From a virus: a DNA stretch of 64,000 bases. The position numbers and the translations under genes are program-made. Positions 36,861 to 46,107 of this stretch are shown here, piece after piece. The stretch spans positions 64,001 through 128,000 of IMG/VR virus record IMGVR_UViG_3300021962_008382; one strand, given 5' to 3'. The first letter of the stretch is position 1. Each line of letters opens with the position of its first letter. The notes under the pieces were generated by a model. That model made no database searches, was not told where the DNA came from, and saw only the letters and a program-made list of their open reading frames with translations.

Positions 36861-37447
36861 TAAGCTATCCTCTCTCCTAATGCCCAGCTAACCAGTGTAA
36901 CCCGCTTTCCTGATGTAACAGGTCTTACACGGTGTGGCATGAACGATGAAAAAAATACACAGTCCCCTCGTTTAGGCTTAAGGACTCTTGGGGCTTCTAT
37001 ATTACCTGTTGTAACTATTTCGAGCTCACCACCTTCGTATTCTTCTGGATCGCTTAAAAATAATACACTGGATATCTTACGTTGATACTTTTCCCACCCA
37101 AATGCAGCATCCCAATGCCAAGAATAGTGTTGATCAGGGTTGTATATAGTATACTGAAAACTATCAAAACCCTCAATATCTAACATAAAATGATCATGAT
37201 TTACTTTTGCAAGGATTATCCCATGAAGATAAAAAAGCCATTCAGAGTTATTATCACGATGTATCCAGGTAATATCGGAATTGCGAATTTTCGGGTCAGC
37301 ATCAGTAGCTTGATTGCCAACCCCCCCTTTACGAAACTCTTGCAACTCTGCAAGAAATTTAATTTTATCTAACTCTTCTGCTGTATAGCCGTTTTCCCAT
37401 ACTGCAAAACACTCAAATCCCCCGCGGTATTTAGGTATCTGATACAT
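36860..37447 (-). CDS. 2OG-Fe(II) oxygenase (prolyl-4-hydroxylase/PKHD-type)
   Basis: HWD, RKISSVLFLSDPEEYEGGEL, HRVRPVTSGKRVTLVSW (HxD...H...R). Confidence 0.9.
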   Translation of the reverse strand: MYQIPKYRGGFECFAVWENGYTAEELDKIKFLAELQEFRKGGVGNQATDADPKIRNSDITWIHRDNNSEWLFYLHGIILAKVNHDHFMLDIEGFDSFQYTIYNPDQHYSWHWDAAFGWEKYQRKISSVLFLSDPEEYEGGELEIVTTGNIEAPRVLKPKRGDCVFFSSFMPHRVRPVTSGKRVTLVSWALGERIA

Positions 37448-37468
37448 TATCTAATTCACCTCATGTTG

Positions 37469-38545
37469 TTAATTACTTTTAATAGTTACATAGCCCCCGG
37501 GCGGTACACTGACCGGGTATGTCTGTGAGTCAGGGACGTTGCTAGGATTTACTTTCGTTGCCGCAACTACAGATGCAGGTGTTCCTCCTACGTTAGAACC
37601 GGGGAGGGTAATACCTAAAGCGGTACTAGGGTTACCTGCTGCCCCGGGGTTACCTGGTGTATATGATGCCGGATAAGGGTTTCCTGGATTACCTGGTGTA
37701 TATGATGCCGGATAAGGGTTTCCTGGATTACCTGGTGTATATGATGCCGGGAAAGGGTTCCCAGGATTACCCGGAGTATACGAACCTGGGTTCGGAGGAT
37801 TAGAATTACCTGGTGTGTACGAACCTGGGTTCGGAGGATTAGGATTACCCGGTGTATACGAACCTGGGTTCGGGGGATTAGGATTACCCGGTGTATACGA
37901 ACCTGGGTTCGGGGGATTAGGATTACCCGGTGTATACGAACCTGGGTTCGGGGGATTAGCTGTAGGGTTATTCGGGTCTGTCGGGTTGCCTGGGTAGTAC
38001 TGAGGTGGTATATAAAAACCACCGTAGTTATATCCAGGGTAATATGTCCCAGGGTTCGGGGGATTAGCATTACCTGGAGTAGAAGGTGTCGGATTACCTG
38101 GTGTGTATGAGCCCGCATTAGGTGGTGTTGGATTACCCGGTGTAAATGCGCCTGCATTAGGTGGTGTTGGATTACCCGGTGTAAATGCACCTGCATTAGG
38201 TGGTGTTGGATTACCCGGTGTAAATGCACCTGCATTAGGTGGTGTTGGATTACCCGGTGTAAAATTACCCGGATTAGGGGGATTAGTACCGCCTGGTGTA
38301 AAATTACCCGGGTTCGGGGGATTAGTACCGCCTGGTGTAAAATTACCCGGATTAGGGGGATTAGTACCGCCTGGTGTAAAATTACCCGGGTTTGCAGCGT
38401 TTCCCGTACCTCCACGACCTTCTACTGTAATATCATAACGACCGTATGGTATTACATAATTACCTGGAGAGTTAAACGTTGTGGTACCCGTACCAGACGC
38501 ACGCCACGTTTTTTCTAATCCAAATATAGGTGTTTTTCTAGTCAC
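37469..38545 (-). CDS. Pro/Asn/Gly-rich repeat protein, probable fibre-tip/adhesin (GTG start)
   Basis: 14 copies of a 13-aa repeat between Gly-rich flanks (TTFNSPGNYVIPYG..ITVEGRGGTG ... VPPGGYVTI); RBS GAGGT. Confidence 0.8.
   Translation of the reverse strand: MTRKTPIFGLEKTWRASGTGTTTFNSPGNYVIPYGRYDITVEGRGGTGNAANPGNFTPGGTNPPNPGNFTPGGTNPPNPGNFTPGGTNPPNPGNFTPGNPTPPNAGAFTPGNPTPPNAGAFTPGNPTPPNAGAFTPGNPTPPNAGSYTPGNPTPSTPGNANPPNPGTYYPGYNYGGFYIPPQYYPGNPTDPNNPTANPPNPGSYTPGNPNPPNPGSYTPGNPNPPNPGSYTPGNPNPPNPGSYTPGNSNPPNPGSYTPGNPGNPFPASYTPGNPGNPYPASYTPGNPGNPYPASYTPGNPGAAGNPSTALGITLPGSNVGGTPASVVAATKVNPSNVPDSQTYPVSVPPGGYVTIKSN
37658..38374 (-). repeat. 39-nt tandem coding repeats in four blocks (3+4, spacer, 4+3)
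   Basis: PGGTNPPNPGNFT x3, PGNPTPPNAG(AF/SY)T x4, 57-aa spacer, PGN(P/S)NPPNPGSYT x4, PGNPGNP(F/Y)PASYT x3. Confidence 0.95.
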
Positions 38546-38557
38546 TAGAAGACCTCG

Positions 38558-39112
38558 TTACTTCGCGTCTTTCATTGCCAGAGAAACGTATACAGTAGTA
38601 CCACCATCTACGGTAAATAGAGACCAAATATCTACGGCGTTAGCTGTAGTTGTTGCAGGAGGAACAACACCACCAGGGTAGTCAGATGAAGATGGCCAGG
38701 AGTATGTTCTACCTCCAGTTCCATCTTGTACAACTATAGCTGTAACAGCTGCAATTGTATTTGCGCCTGGTACACTTGTAAATGCAAAAGTAGTATTACC
38801 TGTTAGCCGCGTACGTACAACACCTTTTGTAAAATCGATATTAACATTACCGGATACGTTACCGAGATCGACATAATCACTGTTTGCGCCTGCGATGGTT
38901 ATGTTACCCGAACCATTGGTAACTACAATACCTGAACCAGCAGTAAGAGTAGCCTTGTTGAGAGTATTGCCAGTCGAGTTGCCGATTAAAAGCTGACCGT
39001 CAGTATACGTTGTCTGACCGGTGCCGCCTTGCGTAACTGTAAGTGCTGAGCCTAGGTTAGATAGATTTCTACTATTATCAATGACGGTTGTACCGCCAAC
39101 TTGAATTGCCAT
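38558..39112 (-). CDS. tail fibre / adaptor protein
   Basis: MAIQVGGTTVID; GGTGQTTYTDGQLLIGN fibre motif; C-terminal VQDGTGGRT..WP..YPGG..P..T..ANAVD beta domain. Confidence 0.7.
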   Translation of the reverse strand: MAIQVGGTTVIDNSRNLSNLGSALTVTQGGTGQTTYTDGQLLIGNSTGNTLNKATLTAGSGIVVTNGSGNITIAGANSDYVDLGNVSGNVNIDFTKGVVRTRLTGNTTFAFTSVPGANTIAAVTAIVVQDGTGGRTYSWPSSSDYPGGVVPPATTTANAVDIWSLFTVDGGTTVYVSLAMKDAK

Positions 39113-39146
39113 CTTCGCTCTCCTTTAGAACTCGGCATTTTTTTTT

Positions 39147-39773
39147 TTATTTTTTATCTTTTAACATTTGAACTTCCTGTTTCAAATGTTTAATACTCTC
39201 AATCAAAATAGCGATAAAGTTAAGATAGTTTATACCCTTTGTACCATCAGGCCTGTTTTTTACGACCTCAGGCAGTATTTTTTCAACTTCTTGAGCAGAT
39301 AAACCTAAAGATTTTTCCCCCGAGTCTTTCCAGGTAAAGCTATAACCTGTAATTTGAGATAAGATATCAAGGGGGTTAGTTATCGGCTCAATATTGTCTT
39401 TGAGAGTCACATCGGAGGAAGAATTATAATCAGTAGAGGTTAAAAGACCCGTAGAAGGATTGAAAGTTAATTTAGTGCTGGTAATTTTTACCGCTGCATT
39501 CCCTGAGGAGGCTGCTACGAAGGTAGGAAATACCGTTGAGTTAGATGATGTATCATCTACTACTTTAATGTCTAAAGTTACATTTGAAACAGTGCCATTT
39601 GAAACAGAACTAGATGTAGCAAGTTCATTAATAGCAGCTACTAGATTAGCTTTAGCGGTAGTTGAAAGATTACTAACAACACCTAGTTCGTTATTAATAT
39701 TTGAAAAGTTATTATCCACTTCTGTATTAGTAAGTGGAGAACCTTTTACGTTTCGTAAGACTAGAGTAGCCAT
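39147..39773 (-). CDS. short fibre protein with C-terminal intramolecular chaperone (peptidase S74-like)
   Basis: KGSPLTNTEVDNNF N-terminus; SSDVTLKDNI cleavage motif, G.SAQEVEKILPEVV, C-terminal coiled coil. Confidence 0.82.
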   Translation of the reverse strand: MATLVLRNVKGSPLTNTEVDNNFSNINNELGVVSNLSTTAKANLVAAINELATSSSVSNGTVSNVTLDIKVVDDTSSNSTVFPTFVAASSGNAAVKITSTKLTFNPSTGLLTSTDYNSSSDVTLKDNIEPITNPLDILSQITGYSFTWKDSGEKSLGLSAQEVEKILPEVVKNRPDGTKGINYLNFIAILIESIKHLKQEVQMLKDKK

Positions 39774-39784
39774 TTAATTTCTCG

Positions 39785-39991
39785 TTACACTATATTACTA
39801 TTTATAAGTAATGCATTAATCTTTTTGACTTCATTTTCAAGCAACTCAATTCGTTGCTGTTGTTTTAAGACTGTTTCAAAAAGTTTCTTCTTTTCTAAGT
39901 AAGTATTCAGACCTGCTTGATCAGTATTTATGATCGCTTTCGAGGCTGAGTCTCTTACTAAATTTGGTTTACCTTCTACTTTTAATTTCAT
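39785..39991 (-). CDS. small conserved protein after the large virion protein
   Basis: KVEGKPNLVRDSASKAIINTD plus coiled coil; coupled to upstream stop. Confidence 0.7.
   Translation of the reverse strand: MKLKVEGKPNLVRDSASKAIINTDQAGLNTYLEKKKLFETVLKQQQRIELLENEVKKINALLINSNIV
39799..39806 (-). promoter_or_regulatory. late promoter TATAAATA for the 39773 fibre / cassette-2 operon
   Basis: Exact consensus 26 nt upstream of ATG 39773. Confidence 0.7.
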
Positions 39992-42900
39992 TATGCGAGA
40001 GCAACTAACCTCAGATTTTTACACTTAGGGGGCTTAGCGCTATTTGTAGATAGTAATACAATCTTTAGAACTATGCCAGTAAATGGGGTTAAATTATCTA
40101 TCTGTTTTTCAACTTCATAATATTCACCACCTATAGAGTTAGGAATAGTTAAACCAGTAAGCTCGGTATATTCCTTATCTTTAATTGTAGTATCACTTGG
40201 TAGTTTAAGCTTGTAGTAGATCTTTAAATCTCCGTCAGATGGTTTAGCGATATCTAAACGCAGATTGAGAGATGTGGACGGATTTAAGAAATCTACCTGC
40301 TTAGTAATGTACTTAGCGAGAGCTGACCCCCCGGTAACCGCTTCTTCAGCTACAAAAGCAATACCGTTCGTTACTGTGATTACGTTAGCTGCAGCAGCAT
40401 TGGTTATTGTACCATAAACTTTAATGTTTGCCCCGTCATCAAGAACATCGAGTACTCTAAAAGTATTAGAATTAACGTTTGAATTAGATACTGTGACAGT
40501 TGTACCTTTGGTAATAGTAGCGGCATTTGCTTTATCTAGGGCATCAGGTATAGTTATGTATCCAGTTGTTGTAGATATATTTGTAAAATAAATGTTTGCT
40601 GATCTTGCAACTGTAACGATTTCAGATGAGAGATTTTCATTTGCATATGTTGGAGAATTCACTATATTATTTACAAATACTGCACCAAGAGATTGTATAT
40701 CAATAACCGGAGAGAGTGTAGAAGAATCGGAGGACATTTCAAGACGAAGAGTTAACGGTCTTTGACCTGACATGCTCGCGCTTATATTTGTATTTCCTGC
40801 TAAAACTTTAGTAGCTGACAACTCTGTGTCATCTTTTGTTAGAGTAGTAAAGCTAGAATCAATTGTATATCCTACAGATGTACCTTTAAGCTTGTACACT
40901 ACGTCTGTACCAGCTGGAGTTAAAGTAGATATAGCAGGGTATATCGTGTCGTACTTAACATCCTGAGTAGCAAACAGTCCTGCGCCACCACCACGAGTTA
41001 CAGAGGTAACGCTAGGTGTTGACGGTAAGTTGATGGTGTATGAGTTAGGCTTAACGTTAGAGACTGCAAACTGAACTCCGCTTACTGTATCAACGTTAAT
41101 TCCAAATATATTACCTATGGCAACATTAGCACGCATACCATCTAAATCAAAACCACTTAATACTACATACGAGCCGTTGGTAAGACCGTGATCACTGTGA
41201 AGTACTTTCATTGTAGTCTTGTTAGGATAAACTTCTAACGGGTCGCTACCTAATTTTTTATTAGAGTATTCTGCTGGGTTAACCACAAGATCCAGGGTAC
41301 CGCTAGTGCTAGTAAACTCCGCGTTATATAATTTAAACTTAAGATCTTGCAGTTGATCTGGGGTCCAAGAAACAGCATTTTGAGACTTATATAGAACACC
41401 TACGAACGGTTGCTCTGATATAACACGATTAGTATATACATCAGTTTCACCTATCTGAGAGATCCAGACGCTGTAGTTAATAGAGCTGGTTAACAATACA
41501 ATTGAATATTGTCCCGGTTCGAGATAAACTAGACCATCAAAATAAATTGTAGTTGCTGTCTGACCATCGGTCGATGTAGTAATTTGACTTGGCTGTACTA
41601 CAACGCGCGAGAATGGAACTACTGTTTGCGATGGAATACCTGCAACTAGAGGTCTAATCTCTACAAACATAGGTAGGACTTCATCCTTCGAGTAGAAGAA
41701 TAAATCTACCTTACTGAGATAAACCGGGGATCCGGATATTGCGAATGTTTGCGCTAACGGGTCTGTACCGTAGCACACTCTACCAGTAGATATTGATGGT
41801 GCTGCTGTGGCAGCTATGTTATCTGTATCTGCATCACTATTATTAACGATAGAAAGAACAAAATCTTTATATCCAGCCCCATCAGGGATTGAGTCTCTGG
41901 CAATTAACGCAGCAGTTATCTCAATAGAAGCTGCACGTATGGCAGCAGCTTCATCCAATCCTCTATTAATCCAAGATTGAACACCGCCCTGCGATTGTTC
42001 GGTACCGTGCTGTTGTAATCCGCGGGCCCAGCCATCTGATACCATCTCATGAACCGCATTAAATGCAGCTAATGTTTCTGCTGACGGTACATATGCACCA
42101 GTTCTAAGATCGTCATCAATACTGTAGACGTCTATACCGCCACCTGAATCGATATAGCTAGCCGCGACGGCTTTTTCAGCAGTAGCAGCTACTGTATTAG
42201 TATTATCTAAAATTGTTGTTAATGTGCCTTTTTCTTCCCACTTAGTAGCTGTTTCTTGATCTACGGGTATTCTAAATGCATAGCTTACAATACCATCAGA
42301 AATTGTAGGCGGTGGGGTAGAAGCAGGTTCTACTATGTTCTCACCCCCGGGGCGTACAGTAACATCTGGTACGTCTCTTCTATCATACACTGTTTCAGCT
42401 GCTGTAGGTGCAAGTCGAATTAATTCACCTGAGGACTTAAATATAGCTTCTGCTTGAGTCTCGCTATCATTCCCGTTCGTGGTAGAATCAGATAATCTAA
42501 AGATTTTATCCCCGGTAGGTAATTGTAAGAACGCGCTATCATAATAAAAAGCACCGGTAACTACCCCTTGATAATTCGTGTATAGATTACCTTTATTGAT
42601 TGCCATGTCAGCGAATACGTTACCGCTTACAGCAACATTACCTCTGCAGAATTGAGTAACATTATAATTATCAAAGTAAGCATTAAGTTTAGTGTTAGGC
42701 TTTAACCCCCTGCCAACAAAATTAATTACAATACTTCTCATTTTTGGAATAACAACTTTCGATATTACAACATCATTAGTTGATGTATTATCTACTGTTT
42801 CAGCAACTGTATATCTCGTACCAGTTCTCTCTTCGACACGATCATTACCGTACCATACTTCGCGCCAGTCACCCCATATAGTTTCAAACGATGCATTACT

Positions 42901-45900
42901 ATTAGTTAGAGTAGAAAGATTTTCATTTTGATCTTTATATACTGCAGGAGCACGAACAGTATCAAACCAGATGTCAGAAGGAGGGTTTAATTCAATAGAA
43001 CCAGTGAAGTTAACGACGCTAAATGGATTGATATTTTCGCGTCTACTTGCTGCATTATTCTGAGCTATGACATTACTTGTATACGGGAATGTAATTACAT
43101 TGCCAGTAAGTGCATAATTATTAGAAGTTCTTTGGCTTGTAGATGTATTAAGTTCTTTTAATCTTAAAGTTTTTTGAGAGAACTTAGGGCGAATTTCCCT
43201 CTTATTAAAGTCCATGGCAATCTTATAATCAGGGTTTGTGGTATCCCCGACTCTATGACCTTCAAAGTTATCGACTAAGAACCCGTTTTTAAATCTATCA
43301 AAACCTAGACTATCTTGAATTTGGAAAGACTCTGTATCTTTTTCAAGAAGAGATAAAGTTGTATAGTATTCTAGATTTTTAACCCGATTTTCTATACGAC
43401 CGATATCTCTCATCGTATAGCGTTTGTTATCAATTATTGTAATATCAATATCTTGTTGCAGATCAAAGACATAAGGCTTCTGCTTAAGAACATAAAGAAG
43501 CATTGAGTTGTCAGGGGTCTTAGGTTCTTTAGGGTCTAACGAACTTGTTCCAGCTATGTATTTAAGCGACCCAGTGCTATCTAAAACTATCTTATCTGTT
43601 CTAGCTAGATAATAAGAATAATCTGTGAAGAGAGTGTCGTTAGGTTCGGGAATTTCAGATGGGGTAACGAATGTAGCACCATCGGTATTTATTCTAGGTC
43701 TAAAATCTAAGCAATCTCTTAGCTGATAAGTAACATCCCCAGATGTAAAAGATGGTATATCTTTATAATCAATACCCGCATAAGATGATACCGAGAAGTA
43801 ATCGCCTGCTGAGTGGGTAAAGTAGCTATATGTAACTCTTACTGGGCCGGTTGGTTTTGGCTGACCAGGCTTTAGACTTATGGATCCAAGATCATAATGT
43901 GTAAGTCTTTGACCGCTGTCTAGTGTGTATCGATCAGTAATATCTGTAGCATTAGAAGATGAATATGCTGTTCCAAAAGCGTTAGCGGACATGCTAACGC
44001 TTGTTAGTTCGAAGATATCTGCCTGACCAAGAGAAAGTGTAGACAAAGCTGCGGTATTGCTAGTTGTAAAGTCTACAGTAGTTCCGGTAACTAAAGTCTT
44101 TACTTTCTTGTCAGCAGCAGAGTTAGTCTTATCTACTGTAGCCATTACTGTGATAGTGTCCGAGCCAAAGCTCGCACCTAATGTAATAGTTAGTGTTGTA
44201 CCTCCGCCCCCTATAGTAATGTTAGAGGAATAAAGCGGGGGAATTGCGCCTGTCGTTCTATCAATAATAAGATAATTTTGAGTAGAAAATCCTGCAAAAG
44301 TTTCATCTGTACCAGCGGTAATAGTAACAGAGCCGGTTGTCAGGGTTCTGTTATAGTATCTTTTCGTGGTATATACAGTTTCAATGTTTGTAGGATCGAC
44401 TTCTTTAATAGACTCATACGGGAACGGATAAATGAAAGTATCGTATTGAGTATCACTTACAGTTGCCTGCTCAACAAATCCCGCCACACCAGAGAGATTG
44501 CCTACTACTGCTGCGCTAGCAACTAATGCTACATCACTGGTAATCGAAGATACAAGTATGGTGTTGCCGTTAACTCTTAAATAGTCCCCGGTACTAAGCT
44601 CGGTAGTGAAGCGAGTACCGGTACCAGTGACAGTTGTTGAGCCATTAGTAGTATTAATTGAACCGGTAAGCAACACAGTAGACGCAGAAACGTTTGCGGT
44701 AAAGTCTGCTCCAGAAGAATTATCAAAAAATAGTTGCCTAACATCCTGCTCGAACACATAACCAGTGCTCATGGATATATCGAATAAGTAGCATTTGTAA
44801 ATAGCGGATGAACCTGATCCAGAAACATACTCGATATGTCTAACTCTTGCTGTACCTACTTGTGTACCGGAAGCAGTACCATTAGCTGCAGTGTAGGTAT
44901 TATAGAGTTTTACGCGACTTAAAGTTGTAAAATCTGGTGCTGAATACATCCCCGTAATTAGAATATAGTTTCCGACAGTAAGCGATACTGGAGAGTTGTT
45001 TAGGGATATGAAATCTCGTGCCTTCGTTGCATTAAGATAACGGGTCTTTAGATTATCTATTTCATACCCTTGCACATACGCTTTACCTGGGGTTATAACG
45101 TTAACAAATAATTGACTATTGCCGTTAACGTTTGCGGTAAGTAAACCATCTCGTACGCTGGTATTGCTTGTTCTTAGATGTTCGATAAGCTCTAAGCCAT
45201 AAGGTCTAACAACATAATTACCTGACTCATCATATGTTCTTCTAGCTAGTGTATCACCTAGAACGTTGTAATCTGTGTTTATTTTTTGATTTACAACAAA
45301 ACCATCTTCTATTCTAAGAAGTTCTATAAAATTAACATCGTCTGCGGCAGTTGCAGTTAAATCTCTAGCTTCTAAAGTAAGAGTAATTGAATAGCGATCG
45401 GCTCCAGGGGCAAAATAATTTGAAGATCCTAAAGCTGGGTCTAATAGATCAATATCATCTTGACTTGTTATAAAAGATTCTGTTATTACAAAGCCAGCCA
45501 CTTTATTAAGACCGGCTGATTCACCACCGGTATATTTTGAGATTAAAACAGTTTGTTCGTCAAAATAAACAAGATTATTCTTTGTAAATATAACCCCGGA
45601 ACGAATAGTTAAGGCTGTACCTACACCCGTAGCGCTAGATGATGCAACTGTTAGTGTGGTTGTAGAATCAGCGACTTGAAGTGTTTCGCTCGCTGTAAAC
45701 CCGGTAGCTGTTCTACTTGTACCTGAATCAAGATACTTTACATAGATAGTGGGAGGATCGTTATTTTCTGATTTAACTGCTTTCAGAATAATAGCGTTAA
45801 CACCTGATGTTTGACCGGTTATCTTACTACCTACCAAACTTTCGATAATTCCGTTATCTGCTGCTGTAAGTTTAACAAACTTATAGTAGTAGTCAATTTG

Positions 45901-46098
45901 CTGCTGTCCGTTTAATACAAGCGAACCTTCTTTAAAAAAGTGCTTACCCAAATAACCAATTTGAGTCTGTATTTGAGTTTGAAGCTGAGTTAATTCTCTA
46001 GCCTGGACTGCACGACCAGGTCTAAAAAGAATACGATAGAAGCCTTTAGATTCGCTAAAATCATCATAGTATGGGGCGGCATTAAATTCCAGCGTCAT
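39991..46098 (-). CDS. large baseplate-associated virion protein (DUF4815 / VrlC-like)
   Basis: PYYDDF...FRPGRAVQARELTQLQ; APGADR; LARRTYDESGNY; YTMRDIG.IE.RV.NLEYYT.LSLLE; DPLAQTF. Confidence 0.88.
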   Translation of the reverse strand: MTLEFNAAPYYDDFSESKGFYRILFRPGRAVQARELTQLQTQIQTQIGYLGKHFFKEGSLVLNGQQQIDYYYKFVKLTAADNGIIESLVGSKITGQTSGVNAIILKAVKSENNDPPTIYVKYLDSGTSRTATGFTASETLQVADSTTTLTVASSSATGVGTALTIRSGVIFTKNNLVYFDEQTVLISKYTGGESAGLNKVAGFVITESFITSQDDIDLLDPALGSSNYFAPGADRYSITLTLEARDLTATAADDVNFIELLRIEDGFVVNQKINTDYNVLGDTLARRTYDESGNYVVRPYGLELIEHLRTSNTSVRDGLLTANVNGNSQLFVNVITPGKAYVQGYEIDNLKTRYLNATKARDFISLNNSPVSLTVGNYILITGMYSAPDFTTLSRVKLYNTYTAANGTASGTQVGTARVRHIEYVSGSGSSAIYKCYLFDISMSTGYVFEQDVRQLFFDNSSGADFTANVSASTVLLTGSINTTNGSTTVTGTGTRFTTELSTGDYLRVNGNTILVSSITSDVALVASAAVVGNLSGVAGFVEQATVSDTQYDTFIYPFPYESIKEVDPTNIETVYTTKRYYNRTLTTGSVTITAGTDETFAGFSTQNYLIIDRTTGAIPPLYSSNITIGGGGTTLTITLGASFGSDTITVMATVDKTNSAADKKVKTLVTGTTVDFTTSNTAALSTLSLGQADIFELTSVSMSANAFGTAYSSSNATDITDRYTLDSGQRLTHYDLGSISLKPGQPKPTGPVRVTYSYFTHSAGDYFSVSSYAGIDYKDIPSFTSGDVTYQLRDCLDFRPRINTDGATFVTPSEIPEPNDTLFTDYSYYLARTDKIVLDSTGSLKYIAGTSSLDPKEPKTPDNSMLLYVLKQKPYVFDLQQDIDITIIDNKRYTMRDIGRIENRVKNLEYYTTLSLLEKDTESFQIQDSLGFDRFKNGFLVDNFEGHRVGDTTNPDYKIAMDFNKREIRPKFSQKTLRLKELNTSTSQRTSNNYALTGNVITFPYTSNVIAQNNAASRRENINPFSVVNFTGSIELNPPSDIWFDTVRAPAVYKDQNENLSTLTNSNASFETIWGDWREVWYGNDRVEERTGTRYTVAETVDNTSTNDVVISKVVIPKMRSIVINFVGRGLKPNTKLNAYFDNYNVTQFCRGNVAVSGNVFADMAINKGNLYTNYQGVVTGAFYYDSAFLQLPTGDKIFRLSDSTTNGNDSETQAEAIFKSSGELIRLAPTAAETVYDRRDVPDVTVRPGGENIVEPASTPPPTISDGIVSYAFRIPVDQETATKWEEKGTLTTILDNTNTVAATAEKAVAASYIDSGGGIDVYSIDDDLRTGAYVPSAETLAAFNAVHEMVSDGWARGLQQHGTEQSQGGVQSWINRGLDEAAAIRAASIEITAALIARDSIPDGAGYKDFVLSIVNNSDADTDNIAATAAPSISTGRVCYGTDPLAQTFAISGSPVYLSKVDLFFYSKDEVLPMFVEIRPLVAGIPSQTVVPFSRVVVQPSQITTSTDGQTATTIYFDGLVYLEPGQYSIVLLTSSINYSVWISQIGETDVYTNRVISEQPFVGVLYKSQNAVSWTPDQLQDLKFKLYNAEFTSTSGTLDLVVNPAEYSNKKLGSDPLEVYPNKTTMKVLHSDHGLTNGSYVVLSGFDLDGMRANVAIGNIFGINVDTVSGVQFAVSNVKPNSYTINLPSTPSVTSVTRGGGAGLFATQDVKYDTIYPAISTLTPAGTDVVYKLKGTSVGYTIDSSFTTLTKDDTELSATKVLAGNTNISASMSGQRPLTLRLEMSSDSSTLSPVIDIQSLGAVFVNNIVNSPTYANENLSSEIVTVARSANIYFTNISTTTGYITIPDALDKANAATITKGTTVTVSNSNVNSNTFRVLDVLDDGANIKVYGTITNAAAANVITVTNGIAFVAEEAVTGGSALAKYITKQVDFLNPSTSLNLRLDIAKPSDGDLKIYYKLKLPSDTTIKDKEYTELTGLTIPNSIGGEYYEVEKQIDNLTPFTGIVLKIVLLSTNSAKPPKCKNLRLVALA

Positions 46099-46107
46099 GA
46101 CCTACCT

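Noticed and set aside
37658-38374. CRISPR-like array
   Set aside because: 39-nt units are contiguous in-frame coding repeats with no unique spacers and no cas genes
37615-38438. Alternative-frame ORFs over the Pro-rich gene (266 aa His/Ile-rich; antisense Gly-rich)
   Set aside because: Stop-free shadow frames expected from a 39-nt tandem repeat; no RBS or independent support
39113-39156. Poly-A tract (minus strand) at the end of the S74 gene as a phase-variation or fusion site
   Set aside because: The long run lies at and after the stop codon, and the downstream gene's frame has an in-frame TAA before its ATG, so slippage would not fuse the genes
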